Assembly: GCA_030324005.1 (NCBI GenBank)
Contig: JARDVH010000025.1
Span: 74,293,676-74,357,675 of the forward strand
DNA from: Negaprion brevirostris
Taxonomy: Eukaryota
Length of the DNA stretch: 64,000 nucleotides
Direction of reading: 5' to 3'
This document shows, in pieces, positions 12,961-26,330 of the stretch (the first letter of the stretch is position 1; each line of letters begins with the position of its first letter). A program made the position numbers and the translations under genes. The notes beneath the pieces are model-generated. The model was not told the DNA's origin. It was given only the letters and a program-made list of their open reading frames with translations, and ran no database searches.

Positions 12961-13088
12961 TGTGTGTGCTTGATGTTGTACTCTGCTAGACTCAAGTACT
13001 TCTCATCATTGGGTTGCTTGGGTGTTTGTTCTCTTCTTGGAGACGCACTTGGAGACAAGAGGAAGAAGTGCTATTCTCCATAGAGTTA

Positions 13089-13228
13089 TAGGCCAGAATT
13101 CTCCGGCATTCAAACCCCACCACTGCTGCCATTGAGAACAGAGAATTTGGCACTGAGCCAAATCTCCGCTCGCTGTAGCAGAACTGGAGAATCCCAGCTG
13201 CGGGCAACGTCGGTGAACCCGGCCTGTA
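13089..13228. mobile_element. Short MITE-like element with imperfect terminal inverted repeats
   Basis: Left end taggccagaattctcc and right end ggtgaacccggcctgta are partially complementary; GC-richer than the flanks. Confidence 0.4.
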
Positions 13229-14029
13229 ATCTTGGGAGAGCTGAGTAGCAGTCATTAATGTCCCCTCAGAGTACAAAGTATATCAAACATTGTCATGGTT
13301 CAACTTATTAGAATGTGCCTTAAATGGGTGTTGATTTGATTTTAAAAAAACAAGATCTGGTGTCTCAAGCTTTTAGTTTTGTAATGTTGTAGTTCTAGAT
13401 GAGCATCTGCCTGGTTGAATACTCACCAATTGTGCATCTGTATTCATCATTGATGTAGCTGGAACCTTGTGTCAAATAAAGCCAAGCTTCAAATTGATTG
13501 CCCCACGGAGGTTAAATTCTGTATGCCACAAATCTGAGCCTCCAACTGACCCAAAACCTACTTAATTCATATTTGTTTAATTAAAAGTATCTGAATTCCA
13601 AAATGTTAACACATTTTGGTGTACAATATGCAGTTTTAAATTTTAAAACCAAAAAATGACTTTGATGTATTGAAGAGATGAACTTTCACCAAGTGGTGGG
13701 AAGTTGGTTGCAACAGTTTATTTCTCACAGTCTGTTATATAACCTGCCACGTGTTCCTTTTCATTGATGAGGGAAAAGTATGTAGCTGTGACAGTGAAAA
13801 TGAAACTCTACCTTGTGTATTGTCAAATATATTCCTTACACAGATACAAACGATGCAGTTTGCACACGGCGTGTTCTTGCTGCGCACTGAAGTGATTTTA
13901 GCACTGTTGGCATTTATCAGAGTTCCTTACTAACTCGCAGCAATCAAGGCTTTGGCCCTCAACAGAAACGACCCAGTTTGTTGGGGGGTGGTGGTGGATA
14001 GCACACGAGGTGGATTTGGTCACTTGAGA

Positions 14030-14125
14030 CATTCTCTCTCCACAGATGCTGTCAGACTTGCTGAGATTTTCCAACATTTTCTGCTTTTATTTCGGATTTC
14101 AGCATCCACAGTATTTTGCTTTTAT
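14030..14125. mobile_element. Penelope-derived (pLTR-like) short repeat fragment
   Basis: ctctctccacagatgctgtcagacttgctgagattttccaacattttctgc; same family at about 36950, 44395 and 44620. Confidence 0.55.
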
Positions 14126-14339
14126 TAGTATAAGGGTGTAAATGTTTGACTGTGTTAATATTCTCCCCCGTAGTAGGGACATCACTCCCTACTCCCTCCA
14201 TCAATCCATTTTCCTGAAAGCAAACCAAGGAGACCGTCAGTTGGTCCAAAGACGTGTGCGGCATGAGGTCAGGAAGAGAGTTCATGCCATCAAGGGAAAA
14301 CCAGCACAAATAGGTAGATGTTGTGCTGATAGAAGTCAA

Positions 14340-14900
14340 ACGTGTGCCAGACTGGTTAGCTGATGTGTGCTGCCGTTGCTCTCTGCCTGCTGTCCGGGGA
14401 GCTCGGCTGCATTGTGAATTGGGGGAGCCGTGCCTCAGCGGCGGGGACGCCAATTTCGCTCGTGTAGGAGGCAATTAACAGTAAGGTTCCCAAAGGCATT
14501 TTGCTGTAGCCGCATGGGAGCCCTGCTGAGTCAGCAGCTTGTGTGTGAGGTGGGGGGATTAGATCGGAGCGCAATGGAAATAAAATGCAATCTACCTAGT
14601 GCAGGTGAAAATGAGCAAGCCAGAGGTTTAGCACCTCCCGGAGATTGCGGTAACAAGCAGGATTAGCAATGAAGCAAGTGGCTGTTGCTGTGCTTAGCTG
14701 TTGTGTGCCTCCATTTTGTGCACCAGGAGCACTCACTGCAAACACATACACTGAGGCTGCTGGCAATTCACTCACCCCGAGCTCAATCGCCCTCCTGCCT
14801 GCTCAACCCACTCGCTATCCCCAGCTTCCTCCCGGAAGTTTAGGCTATTGTCGTGGCTCTCGGATTCGCATCCACTCGAAAATGGTCCCACTTACCAAAG
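14340..14900. promoter_or_regulatory. Intronic CpG-enriched, non-repetitive island (candidate alternative promoter or enhancer)
   Basis: Local rise in GC and CpG; ETS motif CCGGAAGT at 14832-14839; donor-like ACA|gtaagg at 14480/14481; no recognisable repeat. Confidence 0.45.
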
Positions 14901-15479
14901 AAAAAAATAAATGAAAGATAATCCGATCTTTAAGTCTTTGATTCTGATGAGCCTGAGTCGGCTCAGCGACTGCACTCTTGTCATGCTCAAGTGGTTGCCA
15001 CTGCTGCAGTGCAACAGCTCCTGGGAAAAGATCTGTTGAGTGTCCCTTGTGTGCTATCCTGGCTACCCTCTTCCTCCACCCGCCTCGGTCTGATGAACTG
15101 CAAAGTGCTCATCAATAATTCCCAGCGCCAGTCTCTGAAACAGAAAACCCCTTTGTACCACTAGCTTCTGCTGAAGGGTTGACACTTCCACCTTTGTTGA
15201 AGCTGCTCTATTTCTCACCTGGGGTAAATTATTCATTTTTCAAATTGAATCTGCGGATTGCAGCACAAATTCGTCTTTCAATGATTCTTAATAGTCTTGC
15301 CTCTTAACTGTCTCTTTGGAAATTACTAATGTTCAGACCAATTATAAGCATTCTCTGACATGAAGAACCATCCTTTGGCATTCCCTCCTGATATGTTACT
15401 CCCTATTTCTGTTTCATTTTGCTAAAATCAGTGGAGGAGTTCTGTCAGAGTCTTTGTATTATCTCTGTAAAACAACTAG

Positions 15480-15722
15480 ATATGGAATGAGAAGACTTTT
15501 TTTCTGTGAGTCCTGAGTCTTTGGAAATCCCTTCCCCGGGGAATGGTGGAAGGAAGGGCTTTGAATGTTTTTAAAGGAGAGGTAGATAGCTTCTTGACTA
15601 ACCAAGGGAGTCAAAGATTATCGGGGTAGGTGGGAATGTGGAGTTGAGGCCACACTCCGAGCAGCCATGATCTTAGTGAATGACAGGCCATATGGCCTAC
15701 TTCTGCTGTTAATTTCAATGTT
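15480..15722 (+). mobile_element. CR1 LINE 3' end (old)
   Basis: gaggtagatagcttcttgactaaccaagggagtcaaagattatcgggg...atggcctacttctgct, typical CR1 3' UTR. Confidence 0.75.
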
Positions 15723-16011
15723 TGTAAAATTATAAATTACATACAGTGGACATGAAATGCTCTGACACAAATAAAGTATTGTTTTTTAGATCAGTATCTT
15801 GTGTCCTCTCTATTACCTGCATTTGTAATTGAGCAGAGAGCAGTTGGAAGTTTACACATTTGGAATGTTCACTGGCATGACAGGCTTAGCTATAGCAGTT
15901 TTTTTTTTGTCTCTTGTAATTGTAAGCTGCAATCTTGTGTAATACCTTTTTTGGATGCTTGGTTATTTTGGTGCACAAGTTTGTTTCGTTTCATATTGGC
16001 TGAACCAGTGT

Positions 16012-16315
16012 ACATAGAATCACACAGTGCAGAAAAGGCCCTTTGCACTGATACATTAGAAACACCTGAACTCTCATCTAATCCCATCTGCCAGCACTTG
16101 GCTCATATCCCTGAACGTTAAGATGTACCAAGGGCTCATCCAGATAGCTTTTAAAAGATGTGAGGCAACCCACCTCTACCACCCTCCCAGGAAGCAAATT
16201 CCAGACCTCACAGCCATCTCAGTAAAAACATTATTTTTTCATATCCTCCCCAAATCTCCTGCCCCTCATCTTGAACCTGTGTCCCCTCATGACCTATCTT
16301 TCAACTAAGGGGAAC
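16012..16315 (-). mobile_element. CR1 LINE 3' end
   Basis: catagaatcacacagtgcagaaaaggccctt tail; continues into the antisense ORF2 end. Confidence 0.7.
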
Positions 16316-16879
16316 ATCATTTGAGTTGTTGAGGCATGGGAATCTGTTTATTGAAAGTGGTGCCAAGAACATTGTCTCAAATGTCTAATTGGTCCTATTC
16401 CTCATTCAGCAGAAAGGATGATGATGATGATGACCATCAAAGAACATCCTTCAAGGTTGCCACTTGCTGTTGGTTTGACAAATAAATACTTTATCCATTT
16501 AGTGCTAATGGTTTTGACTGATACATTGCAGGCTGTTGGATATGAGGAACTTGCAATGGAATCCACTTAATCAGTTCTCAGTTAATGAATCGCTGATGAC
16601 ATTGCATGTCAGTTCTTTCATGATGGATTGAATTGAGCCAATCACCAGTCCAATGTCTATGTCAGAAAGAGAGTTATGTATTTCAGGCACAGAACCATTA
16701 CCCAGCTCACTTGACCACTGTGAATTTTCTGCTGCTGCTTGAATGTTGTTACTCTGCTGATCTCTGATTACCCTCTCCTTGAAGATACCTCAGCCTTTGA
16801 CTGATAGCTTTCCATTTCAGATTGGCATTGACTAGTTGAGATGTAAGCTCTTCAAGCCAGATGAGTGCTGGAAAACTCT

Positions 16880-17500
16880 GACTCAATACAGGCAAAGCTA
16901 AAGCCATCCTGTTTGAATCTTTCAAGAAACTGCACTTTAGACTCATTCAGTTTTCACCTGCAGTTGTCCATTTAAGGTTGAAGAATTTTCAATGTCGTGT
17001 TTGTTCCTGAATTGAGTTGAAATTTGATATCTTGTTAGTCACGAAGACTGCTTTCTTCCACTCTTGTATCGTCACCACCTCTTTGCATGAGTGACTCAGC
17101 CCCAGCTAAAACTCTGACACCCACATCAGAACTGCATACTGTATCTCACTTGGCTCTCACGCGCATCTCCAGCAACCTTGACTCATTCTCTGGCTGTCAG
17201 ATACTGATTAAAAAATTGTTCTCATTTACACATTCATAGCGGTGTTTTACCAACTTGCCACCGGAAACTTTCCTGGAGGTACATTGCAAGTTGCACCTTC
17301 CAGTACACTCATCCCTGTATAATATATTCTCCAGACAAAACTATTGCAGGCTCCTATATTAGCTGTGTCACATCCTGAAAAGCCATAACACTTTTCTCTG
17401 TCTCAGCGAGTCCTTAGAATTATTGTTACCCTCCTAGATCAGCAATTTATTTCAGATTCCTACCAAACCTTGTTCCAAATTTTTGCCAGCTTGAAGACTT
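16880..17500 (+). mobile_element. Very old L2-like LINE remnant
   Basis: Degenerate L2-type segments (ggcaaagctaaagccatcctgttt; aagactgctttcttccac). Confidence 0.35.
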
Positions 17501-17544
17501 TTTCATCGTCCTGTCACTTCCAAGCCTTTCTTATTGTTTTAATT

Positions 17545-18230
17545 TATTCATGGGAAGCGGGCATTCCTGGCTAGGTATTTATTGTCCATCCCTAATTGCC
17601 CTTGAGGAGATGGTTGTGAGCTGACTTCTTGAATTGCTGCAGTCCATGTTGTCGGTATGTCTACATTTCTGTTCGGGAGGGAGTTCCAGGGCCCAGCAAC
17701 TGTGAAGGGACAGCAATATACTTCCAAGTTGGGGTAGTGTGTGGCATGGAGGGGACTTCCGTGTGCTACTGTTTCCATACATCTTCTGCGTTTGTCCTCT
17801 TAGACATTAATGATTGTATGTTTGGAAGGTGTTATCTTAGGAGGCTTGCAGTACATTTTTTTGATGGCACACATTGCTACCACTGTGTGTTGGTGGGGAA
17901 GGGAGTGAATGTTTGTGGATCGAGTGCTAATCAAGTGAGCTGCCTTGTCCTGGATGGTGTTGAGCTTGTTGAGAATTGTTGGACCTGCACTCATCCAGGC
18001 AAGTGGAGCTTATTCCACCATGCTGCTGATGTGCCTTGTAGATGGTGGAGCGGAGTAAGAGGTGAGTTCCTCACTAAAGGATTGAGCCTCTGACCTGCTT
18101 TTGTAGCCACAATTTTTATATGGCTAGTCTAATAACCTCTAGGATGTTGATAGTGGAATTCAGTGATGGTAATGTCATTGAATGTTAGGGGCGATGGTTA
18201 GCCTCTGTCTTGTCTGGCACTTGGGTGCCT
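17545..18230 (-). mobile_element. CR1/L2-group LINE 3' portion
   Basis: Minus-strand ORF remnants AGPTILNKLNTIQDKAAHLI and WNSLP; tail gggcaattagggatggacaataaat; opposite-strand copy at 45110-45820. Confidence 0.8.
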
Positions 18231-18354
18231 CAAATGTTCTCTGTTTTGTCTTATGTTTTGTGTATTAGGAGTTGAAAACTAATTTTGTTATTCAAGATTG
18301 GGCCTAATTCAGGCTTTGTGAATCTGACCATCCAGTTTTTTTTAATAGAAATAA

Positions 18355-18975
18355 ATAATTTTCATTTATATAACAGCTTTCATGATTTCAGTATATTCTA
18401 AAGTGCTTCAGAACCAGTATTTTTGAAGTATATTCACTGATGTAATGTGGGAAAATTTGTTTGTAAGTTTCTGCATCACATTAGATGATGTATTTTTATG
18501 ATATTGGTTGGGGATAAATTTTGACCAGGGTGCCAGAAAAACTTCCACATTCCTCTCTGATGGGGTCCTAGGTTAGTTTATTTCTACATGGCTTAGGGAA
18601 GGTCAACGTTTAAAGGAAGTGGGGAGGGTGGGGGAGGAGTTGTACCTTTCATAACCATGGGCCTCTCAAAGCACTTTGCAGTCAGTGGGTTCATAATGTG
18701 CATTATGAATACAAGCCTGCCAGTTTGTGCACAGCAAGCTCCCATAAACATCGATATGATAATAGCCAAATAATCTGTTTGTGATATTAATTGAGAAAAA
18801 CACATTTTCCAGGAACCAGGGATAATTCCCCTGTTCCTCCTTGAGATAGTCGAGTGGGATGTTTTATATCCAACTGACCTGCACCTCCGACAATGCAATG
18901 CTACTTCTAGTGCATTGATATGCCAGTATTTTTGATCTAGGCCTGACATAGGTGAATGTGCTACCAACTGAGCCG
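18355..18975 (-). mobile_element. Two adjacent DeuSINE-like fragments
   Basis: Reverse-complement DeuSINE segments (cctctcaaagcactttgcagtcagtg; gcacagcaagctcccataaaca) ending in a tRNA-like head (gctaccaactgagcc). Confidence 0.6.
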
Positions 18976-19297
18976 CTTGGCATGACTTTTATTTATTCGT
19001 GCCTTTATTTGATGAACCCTACTTTTGAAGATATTTATGGTGGTCATGAACATGCAACAAGATTACTGGGATGTAATAAGATTAAGGAAGTGAATGGGTG
19101 GCTCGGGTTGGTGTGGGAGGAATGGGTTTGAATTTATGGGGCATTGGCATCAGTATTGGGGTAGGTGGGGCCTGTTCAGGTGGGATGGGGTTGGTCTGAA
19201 CCGTGCTGGGACNNNNNNNNNNNNNNNNNNNNNNNNNNNNNNNNNNNNNNNNNNNNNNNNNNNNNNNNNNNNNNNNNNNNNNNNNNNNNNNNNNNNN

Positions 19298-19358
19298 GGC
19301 GGGGCAGGCTTGAAGGGCGAGATGGCCTACTCCTGCTCCTATTTCTTATGTTCTTATG
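19298..19358 (+). mobile_element. CR1 LINE extreme 3' tail next to a gap
   Basis: ggcggggcaggcttgaagggcgagatggcctactcctgctcctatttcttatgttcttatg. Confidence 0.8.
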
Positions 19359-19365
19359 TGAAATC

Positions 19366-19655
19366 ATGCAGCACAGTGGTTAGCACTGCTGCCTCACAAC
19401 ACTAGGGGCCTGCGTTCAATTCCCAGCTTGGGTCACTGTCTGTGTGAAGTGTACGCATTCTCCCCGTGTCTGTGTGGGTTTCCTCCAGGTGCTCCAGTTT
19501 CCTCCCACCGTCCTAAGATGTGCAAGTTAGGTGACTTGGCCTGCTAAATTCTCCTTTGGTACCTGAACAAGTGCCGGAGTGTGGCGACTAGGGGATTTTC
19601 ACAGTAAGTTCATAGCTGTGTGAGTGTAAGCCTACTTGTGACATGAATAAACAAA
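19366..19655 (+). mobile_element. tRNA-derived V-SINE with an alternative 3' tail
   Basis: gcacagtggttagcactgctgcctcac (A box), gttcaattcc (B box), central gtgggtttcctccaggtgctccagtttcctccca, tail gtggcgactaggggattttcacagt...gtaagcctacttgtgaca. Confidence 0.85.
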
Positions 19656-19959
19656 CTTTAGAATCATACAGCGTGTGAGGAAGTCATTCAGCCCATCATA
19701 TCTGTGCCATTTCATTAATTTGATAGCCATACTAATATTTTCCCATAGCTTTGTAACTTTGTCCTTGTCCAGTATTAAATTATTTCTTTTTTGAACATGA
19801 CCATTGATTGTCCTCTTAGCCACCCTTTCAGGTGTGCATTCCAGATCACAATGTGCTGTGTTTAAAAACAAAAATGTTCTTCTCTGTTGCCTCTGGTTCT
19901 TTTATCTGCCATAGCAGATGGTCAGGTTATTGATGTTTCTGCTAATAGAAATGGTTTCT

Positions 19960-20820
19960 CCATATTTGTAGTGAAATCCTGATGAGTTGAACCCCAGGGG
20001 TTTTGCCCATAAATTTACATTAAGCGAGGCTTCATAATGGTCAAGGAGGCCCTATTCCCCCATGAATGTATCTGAATATAACCCGATATGCTGCAAAGGT
20101 GGTCCATGTCAAAATCAATAGACTTGGATGCTAAATGTGTAGCAGAAATCATTATTCAGTTTGTTCACACCTTACACCTTACAATGGCACATCATTGCAA
20201 AAGGCCAGACATGATGATGGACAAATTTGATTGTGAAATCCACCAACCCTTAATGATATTCACTTTGTGACATAATTTTCCACTTGCTCTTTGATGGACT
20301 TTTAACTTTTGCACAAATTCAGTCAGATTCGCAGGCTTTGTACAGTCTTTCATAATGAGATCTCAATGTCAAATGATGGCTTGCTCAACACTCCATGACT
20401 TCACGCTGTGATCAAATTCCACTTAAGTTGGGGCTGTCATATGATAAGATTACACAAATTTGACTAATCCTGAGTTACCAGTTCAGAATTTTGGCATATC
20501 ATGGGCATCATTCTATGGGATTTGCTATTCTGCAGGTGGGATTGGTTGCTGACTTTGACAGAACAGGAATTTTGTATCATCTGAGCTTGACTCAATGCAG
20601 TTTCACTTGTTCAATAAGAACTGTGTGAATTGGTTATTGGACCTGGACTGGAGGATTAAGGCAATGGTGTGCAGCCAGGAAAAGACAAAGACTTGCAGAG
20701 CGTAAGAGCCATATGAAAACATGACAAAAACACATTAAGAATCTACAGCCGATAGCAGGGGTGGCGGCAAAGACCAATACCATCCTTCATTGGACGATCT
20801 GTTCTACAATGCTAGAGTGG
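19960..20820 (+). mobile_element. Heavily deleted RTE-like LINE remnant
   Basis: FVQSFHNE peptide near 20335 resembles an RTE RT segment; the region near 20640-20815 resembles an RTE C-terminus and 3' end. Confidence 0.35.
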
Positions 20821-23249
20821 TGATTTCAGGAAGTTCTGTGCAAATCTCACTTTGATAATACAGAAACCTCCGACTCAAAGATTTAAACTTGTGCTGTGCA
20901 TCTTAACGGCCAGCTATATAAAGGAGGATTTTGATCATCTGAGGTTCTGTCTTAACAGCCTAGCTTTTTGGATTGCTGCTGTTTTTCCCATTTCCAAATG
21001 CTGCCAACAAATGAATCATAAAGATGCAAAACTTCAATGGGCGAAACTGCTTTGTAGCCTTCCCCTTTGTTTTAGAAAAAATGAGTTCAACTTCCAAAAT
21101 AAAAATAGAAGCAAAAGACCAATCCAAGTAAAGCCACTAGTCCCTCTCTAACAGCACAATGTGAGAGCCTCTGCCTCTGACCCTGTTAGTGTATGGAGGA
21201 GAATCTCAATTTTATGTTTTTTGGGGTAGGAGGAGGGGGTTACTTACTTCGGTGTGGGTGCTTATGAAGCACTTGCCCTTGTGAAAGAACTGAAAAAGCG
21301 AAGTTGAAAAGCCATACAAAAGAGCCACTGATATTAAAATGAACATTTATAACCTTTAACGTGTCCCTTTTACATAATAATCTGAAGTGCAGATTGACGT
21401 TTTCTTTCACCTTGCAGCTTCTTTCCCCTTGTCTGCCTGCCATTTAATCTGAAGGAAAACAAGATTGGAACCAAGTGCACTCAGGATCTAACCTGATCTG
21501 CAGATCTTTTGCTGCAGTTCAGCCTGTTATTGTTTCTTTATCTCTCTAGTCATCATGAGGAGCGATTAGCTGAGGAGATTGTCTTTTCTTCAGAAAAATG
21601 GAAATGATGGAGATATTTTCACTATCAAGCTAAAATGATACTCTGTGGATTAGAGGCAGTAATCTGTGGGTTTGCTCTTGCAGTTAGTACTATTATCCAA
21701 ATACTCAGTACCTCAATCTATGTATGACCATGAACAACAACTGTAGCTTGGCAAGCCCATTAGTCCAATAGGCTTACAGCAATAGTTGTTAATCATGAAA
21801 ACCAGACTGATTTGTTCATACAAAATCTAGCACTGGAAAAATATCATACTTTAACATATATCAGTTTTAGCAACAATATTATTTTTTCACCTACTTTGGT
21901 CCCTCTCTGGTGTGCACATATTCTGATGTAAGGAATACTGGAATACCTATTGTGTCAGTACAGTTTGTGAAGGATCAAAAATGGCATTTCAGTGAACTGA
22001 AAACAATAGTATAGTCTGAATCTTTGTGTGCTCAGATTCACAAACCAGAACCAACACAGCTCAACTCAATTGCTGTTTTGCCAGCTTCCATTCTTCCAAG
22101 TATACAGTACCTTTAAAAACAATTGAAACATAATTTATACTTTCACAATTTTGTAAGGTCAGTCTAACATTTTTTTCCCCAAAGAAGTGTAATTAGTAAA
22201 GAAAGCAACTGATATGGGTTTATGAATCTGCCAGAGCAATCCATCAATACATCGTTTTAACCATTAGAAAACAGGCAGAGCTTTGTTTGTGAATCCGTGC
22301 ATGAGAGAGGTGTACCTGATTCAATACAGTTTGATTGTTTATTTAGTTCAGTTGACTGAAGTTTAAAGAGGCGATTTCTCAGCTTTGGAATCATGCCAGC
22401 TGATTGTCTACGCCTTTATTTTGGCCTGATTTCTTCTGCTGCTGGATAAAGATAAAGGCTTGATTGTTTCCCAGACTGTGCATTTGACAATCTTCAAACA
22501 ATCTCCAGCATCTCTTGTTAATTATCTTTGGATGTGGTACATCTCCACAGTGCATGTTGCATTCAAAACCAGGTTATAATGAAAAAAATCACAACTATTT
22601 TAGCTTTCAAACATTACTGATGAGTCAGGAGTGAATTGTAAATTTACAATTGAGCAGTTTCTGTGATGGTTGGTTAATATGCAAGACCAATATTACACCT
22701 CACCAACTTAACATGATATTCCCATTTCTTGTTCATTGCTAAAGGTATATATTTTTTCACACCGAACATTCCTCCTCCCCTAACTTGCTAAATACTCAAG
22801 TCTATCTAAGATTTGAATAATTGTAAATGGGAAGACTCTTTATTTTATGCTTCTGCACATGCTAACAGCCAATAAGCAGGGTAGGGGACCAAGCCAGATG
22901 CTCTTTCTGGGCTGACTTGTCCTGGTCATGTGAAGATGAGTTTGAAGGTTGAATGGGGAGGAAATGCTGATATCCAGGTGCCAGGTCATCAACTTGATGT
23001 GGTCTTGCCTCCTGGCATTCAGAAGTGGGTCATCACTGGCAATGGCAATCTGCCCAGCCAATGTGGTCAATCAATTAGAATATTTAACTGTCTAATTGAT
23101 TAGGGGCACAGATAGGATCTCCCTGGTGAAGGACTGAGCCCAAAGCTTGGCAGTGGCTTGGAGCTGGCTGGCCAGCGGGTTATTGTTAGGTTGACAGGGA
23201 GGGTGAGGGTTTGCGGGGGTGGAGGGCTGGACGGAGGTGTGTCACTCCC

Positions 23250-24368
23250 TGTCTATTCCCCATTACCTTCAGCTCTCATATCGATCAAAAATCTATTTAA
23301 CTCCACCTTGAATAAATTCAAAGAGCCAACCTCCGTTGCTTTCTTTGGGAACAGAATTCCATATACCAATCTCAGAAAAAAAAATTCTGCACATTGCAAT
23401 CTTAAAAGCATGATTTTTTTAAAAAATGGCTGTGTTCCCTAGTTTTAGCCTTGCCCCAAATGAGGAAACATTTTCTTGATGTCCACCGTATCAAGACCTC
23501 TCAGGATCTTCTGTATTTCTGTAAATTCAGCTCTCATTCTTCTAAACTCCAACAATAAAAGTCCAATCTGATCAATCTTTCTTCATAAGATAAGCGCTTC
23601 CTTCCACAAATGAGTCCAAGTGAATCTTCTCTGTGCTGCTTCTAATGCTATTACATCCTTTTTCAAATTAAGAAGCCAGAACTCCACTACTCCAGAGGAG
23701 GTCTCACCAAGGCCCTGTACAGCTGCAGTAAAACTTTCCTGTTATATTCCATTGCCCTGTCAATAAACACCAACATTCCATTTGCCTTCCAAATCACTTG
23801 CTGAACCTGCGTGTTAACTTTCTGAGATCATGTATCAGAACACCCAGATTCCCCTATCCCATTAGGTTCTGCAACCTCTCTCCATTTAAATAACATACTG
23901 CTTTTCTATTCTTCCTGCCATAGTGGGCAAGTTCACATTTTCCTACATTATTCTCCAACTGCCAAGTTTTTGTTCACTTACTTAACTACCTGTACCTCTT
24001 CCTCTTGACAACTTATTTTTCTACCTATCTTGGTGTCATCGGGAAATTTAGTTACTCTTCATTCAAGTCATATAAAATTGTAAATACTTAAAGGTGCCAA
24101 CATCTATCCCTGTGGCGCTTCATTAATTACTGCTTGCCAACCCAAAAACAATCCATTTATTCCTACATCTTAGTTAACCTCCATGCTGGTGTGCAACCCC
24201 TACACCATGTGCTCCTACCTGTGTCACATCAAAGGTTACTGCATCTTATCAAATGCCTTTTGGAAATACAAGGACACCACATCTACATGTTCCACTTTTA
24301 TCCAGCTTCTTGTCAGCTCCTCAAATAAATTGAATATATTAGTTAAACGTGATTTCCCTTTCACAGAA
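23250..24368 (-). mobile_element. CR1 LINE ORF2 (RT to 3' end), decayed
   Basis: Minus-strand remnants FEELTRSWIKVEHVDVVSLYFQKAFDK and DDTKI. Confidence 0.85.
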
Positions 24369-25954
24369 ATAGGCCGTCTGCCAGACAAGCATGCTGCTGG
24401 GCATGTTGCCTTCAAGGGCAGGGTCGGGACGCAGGAATGGTCCTGTCCCTCATTTATCTTTCTAAGGGAATGAGATTCCACCCTCAAAGAGGCAGTACAA
24501 ATATATTGGATCAATGGCCTCTTTCTGTGCTTCTCTGCAATTTAGATGCCAGTTATAAACTCTAACTTAGCAGCATTTTAATTATTGTAAACGCAGAAGA
24601 TCAGTGCTTTTACATTTCTATGATTATATGAAGAAAGATATGATTTTATATAGGAAAAACTATTAAGTGTTCCCTTTGTCAACTTTAACCTTTAACCTCA
24701 CTGTTTTCATTGCAGACTTTCTCAGCTGCTTCTATTCAGTATTTGTTTGAACTTTGCAGTCTTGTTCAACCTCAGCTGTAAATGTACCATCCACTTCCTC
24801 CTTTTTGCATTTGAACAGTGTTGAAATGAACCCTTATCACACTTTATTCCTCAAAATCTGAAAACTATGCAACTTCATTCAACCACTTAGCAAGACTTGA
24901 TTCAGAGGAGAAAAATAGGGTGGAATTTAATCTAGTATGTGGTGATTTCTGAGAGCCCTGTTTTGCTTTGTTTGGAGACAATCTGCCATATNNNNNNNNN
25001 NNNNNNNNNNNNNNNNNNNNNNNNNNNNNNNNNNNNNNNNGTTCCCCCCACCTGCCAGCCAGCAGCTCTCCATTGCCTGTCATCATCACTGGGAATGATG
25101 GCACAATGCACCCACCAGATTGCATAGGGACCCAGGCCGTCGGTGGATAGGTGAGGATAGGATGGAGGTTGTTGGGGAGGAAGTCACTAGCTGTTGTCAG
25201 AGGTGGATGGGGGGTATCACCAGGGTTTGCTGTGGTGAGTCCTCTGCCCACAGACAATTGACTATCAGTGGTGGTGGGATGAGACCCTAAAGAAAGCATA
25301 AATTGCTCTGAATGTTCCAGGAGCAAAGAAGATTTCATATTTAAAAAGATCAAAAGAGTGATATCTGGAGTGAGTTATGCAAGTCTTTGTCTTAAGTGAA
25401 ATCATCCACTATTCTCCATTGTGCATCCTATTTGCAATGTGATTATAAAAGACACAAAGAATATTTTTAAGGTACTTTAGTTATAGTTTAGTGGAGAATG
25501 CTCTAGTTTTCCCCAGAGTTTTATCAATGACTTTCATATGGGTGTGTGGCCAATGTAATGGCAATTCCTATTTTTCCTAGCTTTTGAAATTAATCCTTCA
25601 GCTTTTGATTACCGTAATCAGCTATATGAGAAATCGTGGAAGTAATTTTGTATTTTGAGCTCCAACAATTTTTGTGAACTATGTCATCACTTGGCAGCTT
25701 TTCAGGATCTTGTTGCCAAGAGCTGGGGAAGGCATTCCAATCAGCAATTTTTCAGTGGTTATTGTGGTCATATGAGCAGTATGCATTACAGGATTACATC
25801 ACAAATAGACGACTGATGATCAGTGGATCTTTCATCATTTCCTCCAATTGATTAAGCAGCTGAATCAGTAAATTGCTTGACTACAGAATTCAGAACACTC
25901 AGTGATATGCTTTATTTTTATTCATCCTTGTATTTTTTCATCAGTACTTTGTTT

Positions 25955-26330
25955 CAAGTAGCTCAATAGGTAAATGTATCACCTGTTGGTGGTATGGTGT
26001 TGAGTGATACAGGTAGTGAAAGTCCCTTGGTCTCCAGTCATTTAGCTGGTCTCACCTGGGGTGGTGCTGATGGTGTTGTGATTACCTTCAACCCCTTTGA
26101 AAATCCATTTGATTTCCTGGTCTTGATTGCTATCCTGTGGTCTGTGCTGGAAAGTGCGTGCATGTGTGAGGTGAGGCTTGAGCTCACCTATGATAGCTTC
26201 TCACACCTGAATAGCTTGGCATACTTTACTGTCCAGATTTACACATGAAGAATGACCAATTAAACTAAATAGAGGTGGCTGTGAAAATATAACCAATGTA
26301 GGTCAGTTTCAAGGGAAAGGGGGACTGGAA
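25955..26330 (+). mobile_element. Ancient tRNA-head SINE-like element
   Basis: gtagctcaataggtaaa head; internal ctggaaagtgcgtg and actgtccagatttacacatgaagaatgacca motifs. Confidence 0.45.

Noticed and set aside
14944-14970. CTGATGA-GCC...GGC resembling a hammerhead half-core
   Set aside because: The required GAAA does not follow stem II (TCAG instead).
15088-15140. TGATGA...CTGA resembling a C/D box snoRNA
   Set aside because: Only about 50 nt between the boxes and no convincing terminal stem.
19366-19425. tRNA-like A and B boxes (also near 10860, 41190, 49540 and 59040)
   Set aside because: They continue into SINE bodies and do not form a full cloverleaf; they are SINE heads, not tRNA genes.
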